Assembly: GCA_027487315.1 (NCBI GenBank)
Contig: JAIYDW010000062.1
Coordinates: forward strand, 26,043-90,042
Length of the DNA stretch: 64,000 bases
Direction: 5' to 3'
Source of the DNA: Verrucomicrobiaceae bacterium
GTDB lineage: Bacteria; Verrucomicrobiota; Verrucomicrobiia; Verrucomicrobiales; Verrucomicrobiaceae
Below, piece after piece: positions 38,404 through 47,134 of the stretch; position 1 is the stretch's first letter; the number at the start of each line of letters is the position of its first letter. Under the pieces are notes generated by a model. It saw nothing but the letters and a program-made list of their open reading frames with translations. It made no database searches and was not told the DNA's origin. Position numbers and translations under genes: made by a program.

Positions 38404-39297
38404 TTAGCGCATGCGGAGGGTGAGGTATTGGCGGAGGGCGGTGGCGTGGGATTGGTCGGTGGGGAGTTGGAGGAGATCGACTTGGTGTTTGCGGAGGCCT
38501 TCGGTGATTTGTTGGCGGAAGTCGGCGAGGACTTCGAGGTAGCGGTTGCGGACGGTGGCGGGGTCGAGGGCGACGTGGTCTTCGGCGTTTTCGAGGTTTT
38601 CGAAGCGGGCGAAGCGGGAAAAGGGGAACTCCAACTCGTCGCGGTCCCAGAGTTGGAGGACGACGACTTCCTGGCCCTGGTGGCGGAGGACGCCAACGGC
38701 TTTGAGGAGGGCGGTGGCGTCGTCGAAGAAGTCGGAGATGAGGATGACGAGGCCGCGGCGTTTGAGGTGGTTGCCGAGAGATTCGATGACCGGAGCGAGC
38801 GCGGTTTCACCACCGGGTTTGGTTTGGATCATGGTCTCCAGCATGAGGTGGAGATGGGAGATTTTGGTGCGGTTGGGGATGATCTGGCGGAGCTTGGTGT
38901 CGAAGGTGATCAAGCCGACGGCGTCCTGTTGGGACATGAGCAGGTAAGCGAGGGAGGCGGCGAGTTTGCGGGCGTAGTCGAGTTTCAGGACACCGCCGGT
39001 GCCGCGATAGCCCATGGAGCCGGAGGTATCGAGAACGATGGTGGCGCGGAGGTTGGTTTCCTCGTCGTATTCGCGGATGTAGAAGCGGTCGGAGCGGCCG
39101 AAGATTTTCCAGTCGAGGCGGCGGATTTCATCGCCTTGGACGTAGGGGCGGTGTTGGCGGAATTCGACGGAGAAGCCCTTGTGGGGAGAGGCGTGGAGGC
39201 CGGTGGTGAAGCCTTCGACGACGGTTCGGGCGAAGAGTTGCAGGTGCTGCAGGCTGGTGATGTCTTCGCTTTGAAGGATGTCGGAAAGGGTGGCCAC
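38404..39297 (-). CDS. DUF58 domain protein
   Basis: ...GLHASPHKGFSVEFRQHRPYVQGDEIRRLDWKIFGRSDRFYIREYDEETN...VLDTSGSM. GTG start at 39297. Confidence 0.88.
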   Translation of the reverse strand: MATLSDILQSEDITSLQHLQLFARTVVEGFTTGLHASPHKGFSVEFRQHRPYVQGDEIRRLDWKIFGRSDRFYIREYDEETNLRATIVLDTSGSMGYRGTGGVLKLDYARKLAASLAYLLMSQQDAVGLITFDTKLRQIIPNRTKISHLHLMLETMIQTKPGGETALAPVIESLGNHLKRRGLVILISDFFDDATALLKAVGVLRHQGQEVVVLQLWDRDELEFPFSRFARFENLENAEDHVALDPATVRNRYLEVLADFRQQITEGLRKHQVDLLQLPTDQSHATALRQYLTLRMR

Positions 39298-39382
39298 TCG
39301 GGAGAAATGAAAAGGGGGAGAGAGTTAGACGTGGGGAGAGTCAGGGAGCTTTCAGGGGGATGGTGTCGGATGCAAGAGTTGT

Positions 39383-39425
39383 GAAAAAAGAAACGCCCGC
39401 GCAGCGCGGGGCTGGGCGGGCGTTT
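39383..39425 (-). terminator. Rho-independent terminator after ilvC
   Basis: 10-bp stem AAACGCCCGC / GCGGGCGTTT (39391-39400 / 39416-39425). On the minus strand it is followed by CTTTTTTC. Confidence 0.75.
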
Positions 39426-39451
39426 GAGGGAGTCGCTGCCGACGAGGATGT

Positions 39452-40480
39452 TTACTCGTAGGAGGCTTGGCTGCCGCTGAGGTCGCGCTGTTTGATCCAG
39501 GACATCAGGCCGCGCAGGTGTTTGCCGGTTTCCTCGATGGGGTGAGCGGCTTCTTCCTTGCGGATGCGGTTGAAGTTGGGCTGGCCGGCGTTGTACTCGG
39601 CGGTCCATTCGCGGGCGAAGTCGCCGTCTTGAATGGCCTTGAGTTGCTTGCGCATGGCGTTCTTGACGTCTTCGGTGATGATTTTCGGGCCGACGGTGAC
39701 GTCGCCGTACTCAGCGGTTTCGGAGATGGAGAAGCGCATGCCGGCGATGCCGGATTCGAACATGAGGTCGACGATGAGCTTCAATTCGTGCAAGCACTCG
39801 AAGTAAGCCATTTCGGGCTGATAACCGGCTTCGACGAGGACTTCGAAGCCTGCCTTGACGAGGGCGGAAGCGCCGCCGCAGAGGACGCACTGTTCGCCGA
39901 AGAGGTCGGTTTCGGTTTCTTCTTTGAAGTCGGTCTCGAACACACCGCCGCGGGTGCCGCCGATGCCTTTGGCCCAAGCGAGCGCAATTTCTTTGGCGTT
40001 GCCAGAAGCGTCATTGTGGACGGCGATGAGAGTGGGGACGCCTTTGCCTTCGAGGTATTGGCGACGGACGAGGTGGCCGGGGCCTTTCGGGGCGACCATG
40101 ATGACGTTCACGTTTGTGGGAGCCGTGATGGTCTTGAAGTGAACGGCGAAGCCGTGGGAGAAAAGGAGGGTCTTTCCTGGGGTGAGGTGAGGGGCGATAT
40201 CGGCCTCATACACTTTGGGGATGACGGTGTCAGGGACAGCGACCATGATGACGTCGGCTTTTTTGACGGCTTCGGCGGTGTCGAGCACTTCGAGGCCGCG
40301 TTCGGCAGCGGAGGCGCGGCTTTTGGAGCCGGGGTAGAGGCCGACGATGACCTGGATGCCGCTTTCTTTGAGGTTGAGGGCGTGAGCGTGGCCTTGGGAG
40401 CCGAAGCCGATCACGGCGCAAATTTTACCTTCCAGCGCTGCTGTGCTGGCTTCACTATCTGTAATCACTTTGGCTGCCAT
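39452..40480 (-). CDS. ilvC: Ketol-acid reductoisomerase
   Basis: Trimmed to ATG 40480: [10 protein letters not shown]...[23 protein letters not shown]..., class I KARI length. Confidence 0.95.
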   Translation of the reverse strand: MAAKVITDSEASTAALEGKICAVIGFGSQGHAHALNLKESGIQVIVGLYPGSKSRASAAERGLEVLDTAEAVKKADVIMVAVPDTVIPKVYEADIAPHLTPGKTLLFSHGFAVHFKTITAPTNVNVIMVAPKGPGHLVRRQYLEGKGVPTLIAVHNDASGNAKEIALAWAKGIGGTRGGVFETDFKEETETDLFGEQCVLCGGASALVKAGFEVLVEAGYQPEMAYFECLHELKLIVDLMFESGIAGMRFSISETAEYGDVTVGPKIITEDVKNAMRKQLKAIQDGDFAREWTAEYNAGQPNFNRIRKEEAAHPIEETGKHLRGLMSWIKQRDLSGSQASYE

Positions 40481-40707
40481 GGGGATGTCTGTATTTTTGG
40501 TTAGAGGGGCGGGATCATGGCGCACCATGGGGGAGGGGTCAAACGGGTTTTTCCTGGGTTTGAGGGTCATATCCGTCTTTAGGCGGATGTGGCAAGGTTG
40601 ATGCTTGCGTTTGAGGGGTCGATCCGGTTTAACTGGCGGCGACTGGAAACTGGGCAGAATCGGATCTGCTAAGGAACTAGGCATTAACCTCAAATGAACT
40701 GAAAATT

Positions 40708-41088
40708 ATGAATGAAGATGCAATGAACACAGCAGCAGCGCAGGGCGGATCCATGATCGGTGGGCTCATTGGTTTGGCCATTTTGGTGTTTCTCATCGCG
40801 GCGATGTGGAAGGTCTTTACCAAGGCTGGGAAGGCGGGGTGGTTGGTGTTGATTCCCATTGTCAGTTTTTATCAAATGCTCAAGATCGCGGGGCGTCCGG
40901 GTTGGTGGTTGATTCTTATGATCATTCCGCTGGTGAATTTCATCATCTGGATTTTAGTGTCGATGGACATTGCCAAGTCGTTTGGCAAGGGTGCGGGATT
41001 TGGATTGGGGTTGGCGTTCTTGAGCCCCATTTTTTTCTCAATTCTGGGCTTTGGCAGTGCGACCTACAAGGGGCCTGCGGCGGCGTAA
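40708..41088 (+). CDS. DUF5684-like small membrane protein
   Basis: WKVFTKAGKAGWLVLIPIVSFYQMLKIAGRPGWWLILMIIPLVNFI matches the family pattern as I recall it. The start could be an internal Met. Confidence 0.6.
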   Translation: MNEDAMNTAAAQGGSMIGGLIGLAILVFLIAAMWKVFTKAGKAGWLVLIPIVSFYQMLKIAGRPGWWLILMIIPLVNFIIWILVSMDIAKSFGKGAGFGLGLAFLSPIFFSILGFGSATYKGPAAA

Positions 41089-41108
41089 GTTCGACGGGGA
41101 TTTTTTGA

Positions 41109-41147
41109 CGGGAGGTCTGGGCGGTGTGCCTGGATCTCCCGTTTTTT
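41109..41147 (+). terminator. Rho-independent terminator after the DUF5684 gene
   Basis: Stem CGGGAGGTC / GATCTCCCG with one G-U pair, followed by TTTTTTATTT. The U-tract overlaps the stop of the convergent hydrolase gene. Confidence 0.65.
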
Positions 41148-42108
41148 ATTTCTTGAGGGTGGCGATGAGGAAGTCGGCCATGGAGGGGTGGGTGACGTTG
41201 GGGGCGTTGGGGTAGACGAGTTCGCAGGAGGTGCCGAGGGCTTGGCAGTGTTCCTGGAGTTTGACGCCGTAGTTGGAGGTGTGGGTGGGGTCGCGCTGGG
41301 GTTTGCCGATGGCGGGGGTGTCGGTGTAGATGAGATAGACGGGGGGATCGTCTTTGCTGACGTGTTCGTAGGGGGAGTATTGTTTGATGAAGGGCAGGAC
41401 GGAGTCGCGCTTTTCGAGGAACTCGGCGAAGCGGGTGTCGCGGGTTTTGCGGTCGTTGGGGTCCATGAAGCCGAAGGCGTGGCCGCCGTATTTGCTGTTG
41501 GGGGTCCACTCGATGAGTTGTTTGGGGTCGAGAGAGGTTTGGGCTCCACTGACGGCGGCGCAGGTGAGGCGGGTGGACTCGCGGGCGATGGGGTCGGCGG
41601 AGGCGGGGTCGGCCATGTCGTCATGGAAGGCGAGGTAGAGGCTGGAGCAGGCTCCGGCGGAACCGCCGCTGGCGGCGATGCGGTTTTTGTCGATCTTCCA
41701 TTCGGCGGCTTTGCTGCGGACGAACTGGAGGGCGCGGGCGGCGTCTTCGAGGGGCCATTTGACGGGCGGGGTGATGCCTTCGAGGTGGGCCTGCCAGGAG
41801 TAGCGGTAGTTGATGGCGACGACGGAGATGCCAGCGGCGAGGCAGGGGTCGAGCAGGCCGATGCCGACTTTGTCACCAGAGACCCAGCCGCCGCCGTGGA
41901 TGTAGAAGAGGACGGGGGTGGGAGTGGGGGAATCGGCGCGGTAGAAGTCGAGGACTTGGCGTTCGTGGGTGCCGTAGGGGATGTTGGCGAGGGTGGGGGG
42001 GCGCTGGGGTTTGGGCGCGGGTTTTGGGGTGGGTGTTGGCGCGGGAGCTGGGGTTTGGGCTTGGAGCGCGAGGGTGAGGAGGGGGATGAGGAGGAGGGAG
42101 CGTTTCAT
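41146..42108 (-). CDS. Secreted alpha/beta hydrolase (esterase/lipase, fold-3 type)
   Basis: Signal peptide, oxyanion motif HGGGW and nucleophile elbow GGSAG. Its start overlaps the sulfatase stop (ATGA). Confidence 0.8.
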   Translation of the reverse strand: MKRSLLLIPLLTLALQAQTPAPAPTPTPKPAPKPQRPPTLANIPYGTHERQVLDFYRADSPTPTPVLFYIHGGGWVSGDKVGIGLLDPCLAAGISVVAINYRYSWQAHLEGITPPVKWPLEDAARALQFVRSKAAEWKIDKNRIAASGGSAGACSSLYLAFHDDMADPASADPIARESTRLTCAAVSGAQTSLDPKQLIEWTPNSKYGGHAFGFMDPNDRKTRDTRFAEFLEKRDSVLPFIKQYSPYEHVSKDDPPVYLIYTDTPAIGKPQRDPTHTSNYGVKLQEHCQALGTSCELVYPNAPNVTHPSMADFLIATLKK

Positions 42109-43895
42109 GGGAGGAGAGTGAGGGTGACGCGGCGGAGGTCCATGACGGAGTGGCCGGGGATGCTGAGGGCACGGAGGGTGAGGGGGGCCTGGCCGGAGGG
42201 GAGGGTGATTTTGCCGAGGTTGAGGGAGGCGAAGTCCTTCATGGTGCTTTCGCCATCGGGACGTGGGAGGGTGTCTTGATTGGTGTAGAGGGGTGGGTCC
42301 CAGAAGGGGGTGACGAGGCCGGAGAGTTTGGCGTCTTTGAAGCTGAGTTCGATGGTGGAGCCGGCGTCGGCTTCGGGGCAGGTGTAGTCGATGGTGACTT
42401 CGTAGGTGCCGGCGGTTTTGACATCGAGGAGCCAGACGAGACTGTCGTCTTTGCTGGTCCAGTTGACGAAGTAGGAGCAGTTGGGGGCGTTGCTGCTGCG
42501 TTTGACGGTGCCGCGTGGTTCGCCGTCGCGGGCGGGGAGCATGGTGATGGGGAACTCGGGGTAGCCGGTGGGGATGGGGCGCTGGTCGACGGCATTGCCG
42601 CCGCCGGTTTTTTTGCCGGGTTTGCCTTTGGCGGTTTGGGGGGAGCTGGGGGTGCCGAGGACTTCGGTTTTCCAGTTGGCGACGGCTTGCTGGAGTTGGG
42701 CGGCGAGTTCGGGGGCTTTGTCGTTGACGGGGATGGTTTGGCCGGGGTCGTTGACCATGTCGTAGAGGTTGCCCTGGCTATCGAGGCGATGGGTTTGGGT
42801 GCGTGCGGAGACGGCGGGGCCCCAGGTGGAGAAGAGGGTGCGGTCGGGCCAGTCGGTTTGTTGGTTTTTGAGGAGAGGGGAGAGGTCGCGGCCGTCGAGG
42901 GGTTTGTCGCCGACACGGGGAACGCTGGTGAGGGCGAGCAGGGTGGGGAGGAGGTCGATGGCGCCGGCGATTTGGGTGACGGTGCGGCCTTGGGGGAGTT
43001 GGGCGGGCCAGGAGATGTAGCAGACGGAGCGGATGCCGCCTTCGTCGGTCTGGCCTTTTTTGCCTTTCATGCCACCGGTCCAGCGATTGGTGTTGGGGCC
43101 GTTGTCGGAGAAGTAAACGACGATGGTGTTTTCGGAGAGGTTGTATTGTTTGAGGCGGTCGAGGACGCGGCCGACATTGCGGTCCTGGTTTTCGAGCATG
43201 GCGTAGGCGCAGCGGGTTTGTTCGGGGACTTCCTGGGCGGGTTGGGTGGCGGGTTGGGTGATGGGTTTGTCTTTGAAGCGGGCCCAGTCGGACTCGGGGG
43301 CGGCCCAGGGGGAGTGGGGGGTGGTGAAGGGGATGTAGCAGAGGAAGGGTTTGTTTTTGCTGCGGTCGATGAACTCGAGGGCGCGGTCGGTGCAGACATC
43401 GACGATGTAGCCTTTGGTGCGGATCATTTTGCCTTTGTCTTCGAGGGGGGCGTCGAAGTATTCGCCCCAATGGCCGGAGGTGTGGCCGAAGTATTCGTCG
43501 AAGCCGCGTGCCATGGGGTGGTAGGGCCATTGGGAACCGTTGTGCCATTTGCCGAAGGCACCGGTGGCGTAACCGGCGGCTTTGAGGGCGTCGGGGAGGG
43601 TTTTTTCGTCGAGGTTGAGTCGTTCCTGGCCGGTGGAGACGCCTTTGACGCCGCCTCGGGGGTGGTAGCGGCCGGTGAGGAACTCGGCGCGGGTGGGGGA
43701 ACAGACGGGGCAGACGAAGAAGCGGTCGAGGGAGACGCCGGCTTTGGCGATGGAGTCGATGTTGGGGGTGGCGAGTTGGGTGTTGCCGGAGAAGCTGTAG
43801 TCACCCCAGCCGGCGTCGTCGGCGAGGAAGATGACGAGGTTGGGGGGGGCGGCTTGGAGGGTGGTGGTGAGGAGGAAGAGGAGGAGGAAGCGCAT
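42105..43895 (-). CDS. Secreted sulfatase (formylglycine type) with a C-terminal beta-sandwich (CBM-like) extension
   Basis: This is the real gene within the artefactual 1633-aa track ORF: MRFLLLFLLTTTLQAAPPNLVIFLADDAGWGD...CPVCSPTRAEFLTGR (the C-x-P-x-R FGly motif). ATG at 43895. Confidence 0.88.
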   Translation of the reverse strand: MRFLLLFLLTTTLQAAPPNLVIFLADDAGWGDYSFSGNTQLATPNIDSIAKAGVSLDRFFVCPVCSPTRAEFLTGRYHPRGGVKGVSTGQERLNLDEKTLPDALKAAGYATGAFGKWHNGSQWPYHPMARGFDEYFGHTSGHWGEYFDAPLEDKGKMIRTKGYIVDVCTDRALEFIDRSKNKPFLCYIPFTTPHSPWAAPESDWARFKDKPITQPATQPAQEVPEQTRCAYAMLENQDRNVGRVLDRLKQYNLSENTIVVYFSDNGPNTNRWTGGMKGKKGQTDEGGIRSVCYISWPAQLPQGRTVTQIAGAIDLLPTLLALTSVPRVGDKPLDGRDLSPLLKNQQTDWPDRTLFSTWGPAVSARTQTHRLDSQGNLYDMVNDPGQTIPVNDKAPELAAQLQQAVANWKTEVLGTPSSPQTAKGKPGKKTGGGNAVDQRPIPTGYPEFPITMLPARDGEPRGTVKRSSNAPNCSYFVNWTSKDDSLVWLLDVKTAGTYEVTIDYTCPEADAGSTIELSFKDAKLSGLVTPFWDPPLYTNQDTLPRPDGESTMKDFASLNLGKITLPSGQAPLTLRALSIPGHSVMDLRRVTLTLLP

Positions 43896-43926
43896 GGGCG
43901 GGCGGAGGGTTGTGGGCGGGCGGAGG

Positions 43927-43976
43927 GGGATTTGACAGGATTTACAGGATTTTGGGGGATTAACGGGATTTTTTGG
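43927..43976. repeat. Helically phased GGATT(T) array (five units) upstream of the sulfatase gene
   Basis: GGAT starts at 43928, 43938, 43947, 43957 and 43966 (spacing 10, 9, 10, 9), each followed by a T-tract. The 17-nt GGATTAACGGGATTTTT (43957-43973) is identical to 57254-57270. Confidence 0.9.
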
Positions 43977-44015
43977 GGTGGGGTAAGGGAGAGGGGGATG
44001 GGAATGGGCGGGCGG

Positions 44016-44050
44016 GGGTTTTAATGATCGGCTAAAGCCTTGACTCCAAC
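44016..44050. repeat. Copy 2 of the conserved spacer element GGGGTTTTAATGATCGGCTAAAGCCTTGACTCCAAC
   Basis: See copy 1 at 35922-35956. Confidence 0.85.
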
Positions 44051-44104
44051 TTTGCGGACGGGGTGGGAGGGGTTGGGGGAGGGGCGGTTTTTGGGGACGA
44101 GGGG

Positions 44105-45613
44105 TTAGTTTTGGGATTGGGGGATGTTGGGGATGGGGAGGGGGAAGGTGGGGTTTGGGGCGACTTCGCGGAGGAGGATGGCTTCGGCTTGTTTGATGAG
44201 GTCGGGGTGGGTGGAGGCGAGGTCGGTGGCTTCGGAGGGGTCGGTGTCGAGGTTGTAGACTTCCCAGGGGCCGGGGGTTTTGTTTTTGGTTTTGAGGTTT
44301 TGGCGGACCAGTTTCATGGGGCCGATGCGGACGGCGAGCTGGCCGCCGTATTCGGGGAAGACCCAGAGCATGGGTTGGGAGCGGTCTTTGAGGGGAGTGC
44401 CGGTGGTGAGGGTGGGCCAGAGGCTTTCGCCATCGAGGTTTTCGGGTTTGGGGATGCCGGTGGCATCGCAGAGGGTGGGGAACCAGTCGGCGAAGTAGCC
44501 GGGGGAGTTGTTGGTGGTGTTGGCGGGGATTTTGCCGGGGAGTTTGGCGATGGTGGGGACGCGGAGGCCGCCTTCGTAGACGCTGCCTTTGTAACCTCGG
44601 AGGCCGGCGGTGCTGTTGAAGAAGGCGGGGTCGGCGCCGCCGATGTGGAAGTGGGTGGTGGCCGGGCCGGGGTGGGTGGTGCCGTTGTCGCTGGAGAAGA
44701 TGATGAGGGTGCGGTCGGTGAGGCCTTGCTGCTCGAGTTTGGCGATGACGCGGCCGACGTAGCTGTCGAGGTCGCTGATCATAGCGGCGTAGCCGGCGTG
44801 GGGTCGGGGGTGAGGGATGTAACCGGACTGGCCACGGTAGGGTTCGGTGTCCCAGTCGGCGGGGAATTTGTCGACGGAGGCTTTGGGGGGATGCATGGAG
44901 ACGTGGGGTTCGATGAAGGCGAGGTAGAGGAAGAAGGGGTTCGATTTTTGGGCTTCGATGAAGGACTCGGCCTCGTTGATCATGAGCGAGGGGGCGTAGG
45001 TTTGGCCGATCCAGTCTTCGAGTTTGACATCGCCGGTGACGGGTTTGGCATGGCCGGGGATGGGATTTTGGTTGAGGATGATTTTCTCGTTGTTGCGCCA
45101 GAGGTAGGGGGGGTAGTAGCTGTGGGCGACGGCTTGGCAGTTGTAGCCGAAGAAGAGGTCGAAGCCTTTGCGGTTGGGGTCGCCGGTGCTGCAAACGGGG
45201 CCGAGGCCCCACTTGCCGATGGCGGCGGTGTGGTAGCCGGCTTGTTTGAAGGCCATGGCGAGGGTGAAGGCATTTTCGGAGAGGGGGTGCTGGCCTTCGG
45301 TGTATTTGGCGGGGTCGACTTTTTCCATGGCGCGGTTGCCGCGGACTTCGGCGTGGCCGAGGTGTTTGCCGGTCATGAGGACGCAGCGGGAGGGGGCGCA
45401 GACGGGGGCGCCGGAGTAGTGTTGGGTGAAGCGGGTGCCGGAGGCGGCGAGGGCGTCGAGATTCGGGGTGGGGATCTTTTTCTGACCGAAGGCGCCGACT
45501 TCGCCCCAGCCGAGGTCGTCGGCGAGGATGAGGATGACGTTGGTTTTTTCCTCGGCGGTGACGCTCAGGGCGAGGAGGGCGGCGGAGAGGAGGAGGGGAA
45601 GGAGACGGGGCAT
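44105..45613 (-). CDS. Secreted arylsulfatase-family enzyme (formylglycine type)
   Basis: Signal peptide, then ILILADDLGWGE...PVCAPSRCVLMTGK (C-x-P-x-R). 502 aa. Confidence 0.9.
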   Translation of the reverse strand: MPRLLPLLLSAALLALSVTAEEKTNVILILADDLGWGEVGAFGQKKIPTPNLDALAASGTRFTQHYSGAPVCAPSRCVLMTGKHLGHAEVRGNRAMEKVDPAKYTEGQHPLSENAFTLAMAFKQAGYHTAAIGKWGLGPVCSTGDPNRKGFDLFFGYNCQAVAHSYYPPYLWRNNEKIILNQNPIPGHAKPVTGDVKLEDWIGQTYAPSLMINEAESFIEAQKSNPFFLYLAFIEPHVSMHPPKASVDKFPADWDTEPYRGQSGYIPHPRPHAGYAAMISDLDSYVGRVIAKLEQQGLTDRTLIIFSSDNGTTHPGPATTHFHIGGADPAFFNSTAGLRGYKGSVYEGGLRVPTIAKLPGKIPANTTNNSPGYFADWFPTLCDATGIPKPENLDGESLWPTLTTGTPLKDRSQPMLWVFPEYGGQLAVRIGPMKLVRQNLKTKNKTPGPWEVYNLDTDPSEATDLASTHPDLIKQAEAILLREVAPNPTFPLPIPNIPQSQN

Positions 45614-45794
45614 GGTGGGGCCAAGGCGCGGGTTGGGGCAGTGGTAACAGTGTGGGAGGGGTGGACCTTTCGGGGGGAATGCGGTTTGTGACGGGAAACG
45701 GAGTGAAACAAGATGGAAAGGTGGTTGTGAAAGCGTTGAGTAGGACCATGCTGGGGGCTTCGTCCACGGCAGCTTTCAACGCGTTCCTTCCTTC

Positions 45795-46274
45795 ATGTCG
45801 ATCCCTTTTGTTCGCTACAAACACGCCCGGTTTTCGGCCCGGTTTCCGGAGCCGTTTCGCTATTCGAAATCGCACTATTGGATGGCTCCTGTTGAAGGTG
45901 AGGAGGGGGTGTGGCGGGTGGGGTTCACGAAGTTTGCGACGCGGATGCTGGGGGAGTTGGTGGACTGTGAGTGGAAGCCGGAGGTGGGAGGTCGCGTGGG
46001 GGTGGGGGATACGATTGGGTCGGTGGAGGGGTTCAAGGCGGCGTCCGATGTTTACTGTGTGATGGAGGGGGCGTTTCACGGTGGGAATCCGTATTTGCAG
46101 CAGGATGCGTGTGTGGTGCGGACGGATCCTTATGAGGTGGGTTGGTTGTATGCGGTGAAGGGGGAGCCGGAGGCGGAGAGTTTGGATGTGCATGGGTACA
46201 TCGCGTACTTGGATGGGACGATTCGGCGGATGGCGGAGGAGGGGCATGGGGAGGAAGGGAGTGAGGAGGAGTAG
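45795..46274 (+). CDS. Glycine-cleavage H-protein-like (lipoyl-carrier fold) protein
   Basis: YSKSHYWM...VGFTKFATRMLGELV...GDTIGSVEGFKAASDVYCV resembles GcvH, including the candidate lipoyl-Lys context (E-x-x-K-A-A-S-D). No gcvT or gcvP is nearby. Confidence 0.7.
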   Translation: MSIPFVRYKHARFSARFPEPFRYSKSHYWMAPVEGEEGVWRVGFTKFATRMLGELVDCEWKPEVGGRVGVGDTIGSVEGFKAASDVYCVMEGAFHGGNPYLQQDACVVRTDPYEVGWLYAVKGEPEAESLDVHGYIAYLDGTIRRMAEEGHGEEGSEEE

Positions 46275-46343
46275 AGAGGGGGGAGTGGGGAGGAACGTTG
46301 AACGGGGGTTGACTGGGGTGGGGGTGTGGGGCGTAGTTGGGGG

Positions 46344-47126
46344 ATGAGACAATTTGCTTTTGTGGGGATGATTTGTTTGATGGGTGGGATGACGGCGATG
46401 GGGGCGTTGGTGGAGAAGGTGGTGGAGTATTCGGTGGGGGAGGTGGTGTGTGAGGGGTTTCATGCTTTTGATGATGCGGTGGCGGGGAAGCGGCCGGGGA
46501 TTTTGATTGTGCATCAGTGGACGGGGCTGACGGATTACGAGAAGATGCGGGCGCGGATGCTGGTGGAGCTGGGTTACAATGTGTTTGCGTTGGATGTTTA
46601 TGGGAAGGGTGTGAGGCCGCCGGGTCCGCCGGCTTCGGCGCAGGAGGCGGGGAAGTATAAGGGGGATCGGGCGTTGTATCGTGAGCGGTTGAATGCGGGG
46701 CTGGCGGTGTTGATGAAGGATGAGCGGACGGATGCGGGCAAGGTGATGGCGATTGGCTACTGCTTTGGGGGCACTGGGGTGTTGGAACTGGCGAGGAGTG
46801 GGGCGAAGATTGCCGGGGTGGTGAGCTTTCATGGTGGGTTGGATTCGCCTTCGCCTGCGGATGGGAAGAACATTCAGGGGGAGGTGCTGGTGCTGCACGG
46901 GGATGCGGATCCGTTTGTGCCGGCGGCGGATATTGCGGCGTTTGAGAAGGAACTGCAGGATGCGAAGGTGAACTACCATTTGGTGCGGTATCCGGGGGCG
47001 GTGCATGCTTTCACGCAGAAGATGGCGGGGAATGATCCTTCGAAGGGAGCGGCGTATGATGAGAAGGCGGACAAGGCTTCGTGGGTGGAGATGAAGAGTT
47101 TTTTTGATCGGGTGTTCGGAAAGTGA
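46344..47126 (+). CDS. Dienelactone hydrolase family protein
   Basis: ILIVHQWTGL..., nucleophile motif GYCFGG, ...VLHGDADPFV...HAF. Confidence 0.85.
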   Translation: MRQFAFVGMICLMGGMTAMGALVEKVVEYSVGEVVCEGFHAFDDAVAGKRPGILIVHQWTGLTDYEKMRARMLVELGYNVFALDVYGKGVRPPGPPASAQEAGKYKGDRALYRERLNAGLAVLMKDERTDAGKVMAIGYCFGGTGVLELARSGAKIAGVVSFHGGLDSPSPADGKNIQGEVLVLHGDADPFVPAADIAAFEKELQDAKVNYHLVRYPGAVHAFTQKMAGNDPSKGAAYDEKADKASWVEMKSFFDRVFGK

Positions 47127-47134
47127 GGTGCTAT

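Noticed and set aside
40481-40707. Branched-chain amino-acid leader peptide or attenuator upstream of ilvC
   Set aside because: The only upstream ATGs are in frame with ilvC as part of the over-extended track ORF. They encode no Ile/Val/Leu run, and only a small ATCCG...CGGAT hairpin is present.
45703-45710. GTGAAACA, a half of a parS palindrome
   Set aside because: The other half (TGTTNCAC) is absent, so it is not a parS site.
42105-47006. 1633-aa minus-strand ORF in the supplied track
   Set aside because: It is a composite read-through of an open frame in stop-poor, skewed DNA. Only its last 596 codons (42105-43895, starting MRFLLLFLL...) form a real sulfatase. The upstream part is R/P/H-rich nonsense overlapping the second sulfatase in another frame and the antisense of plus-strand genes.
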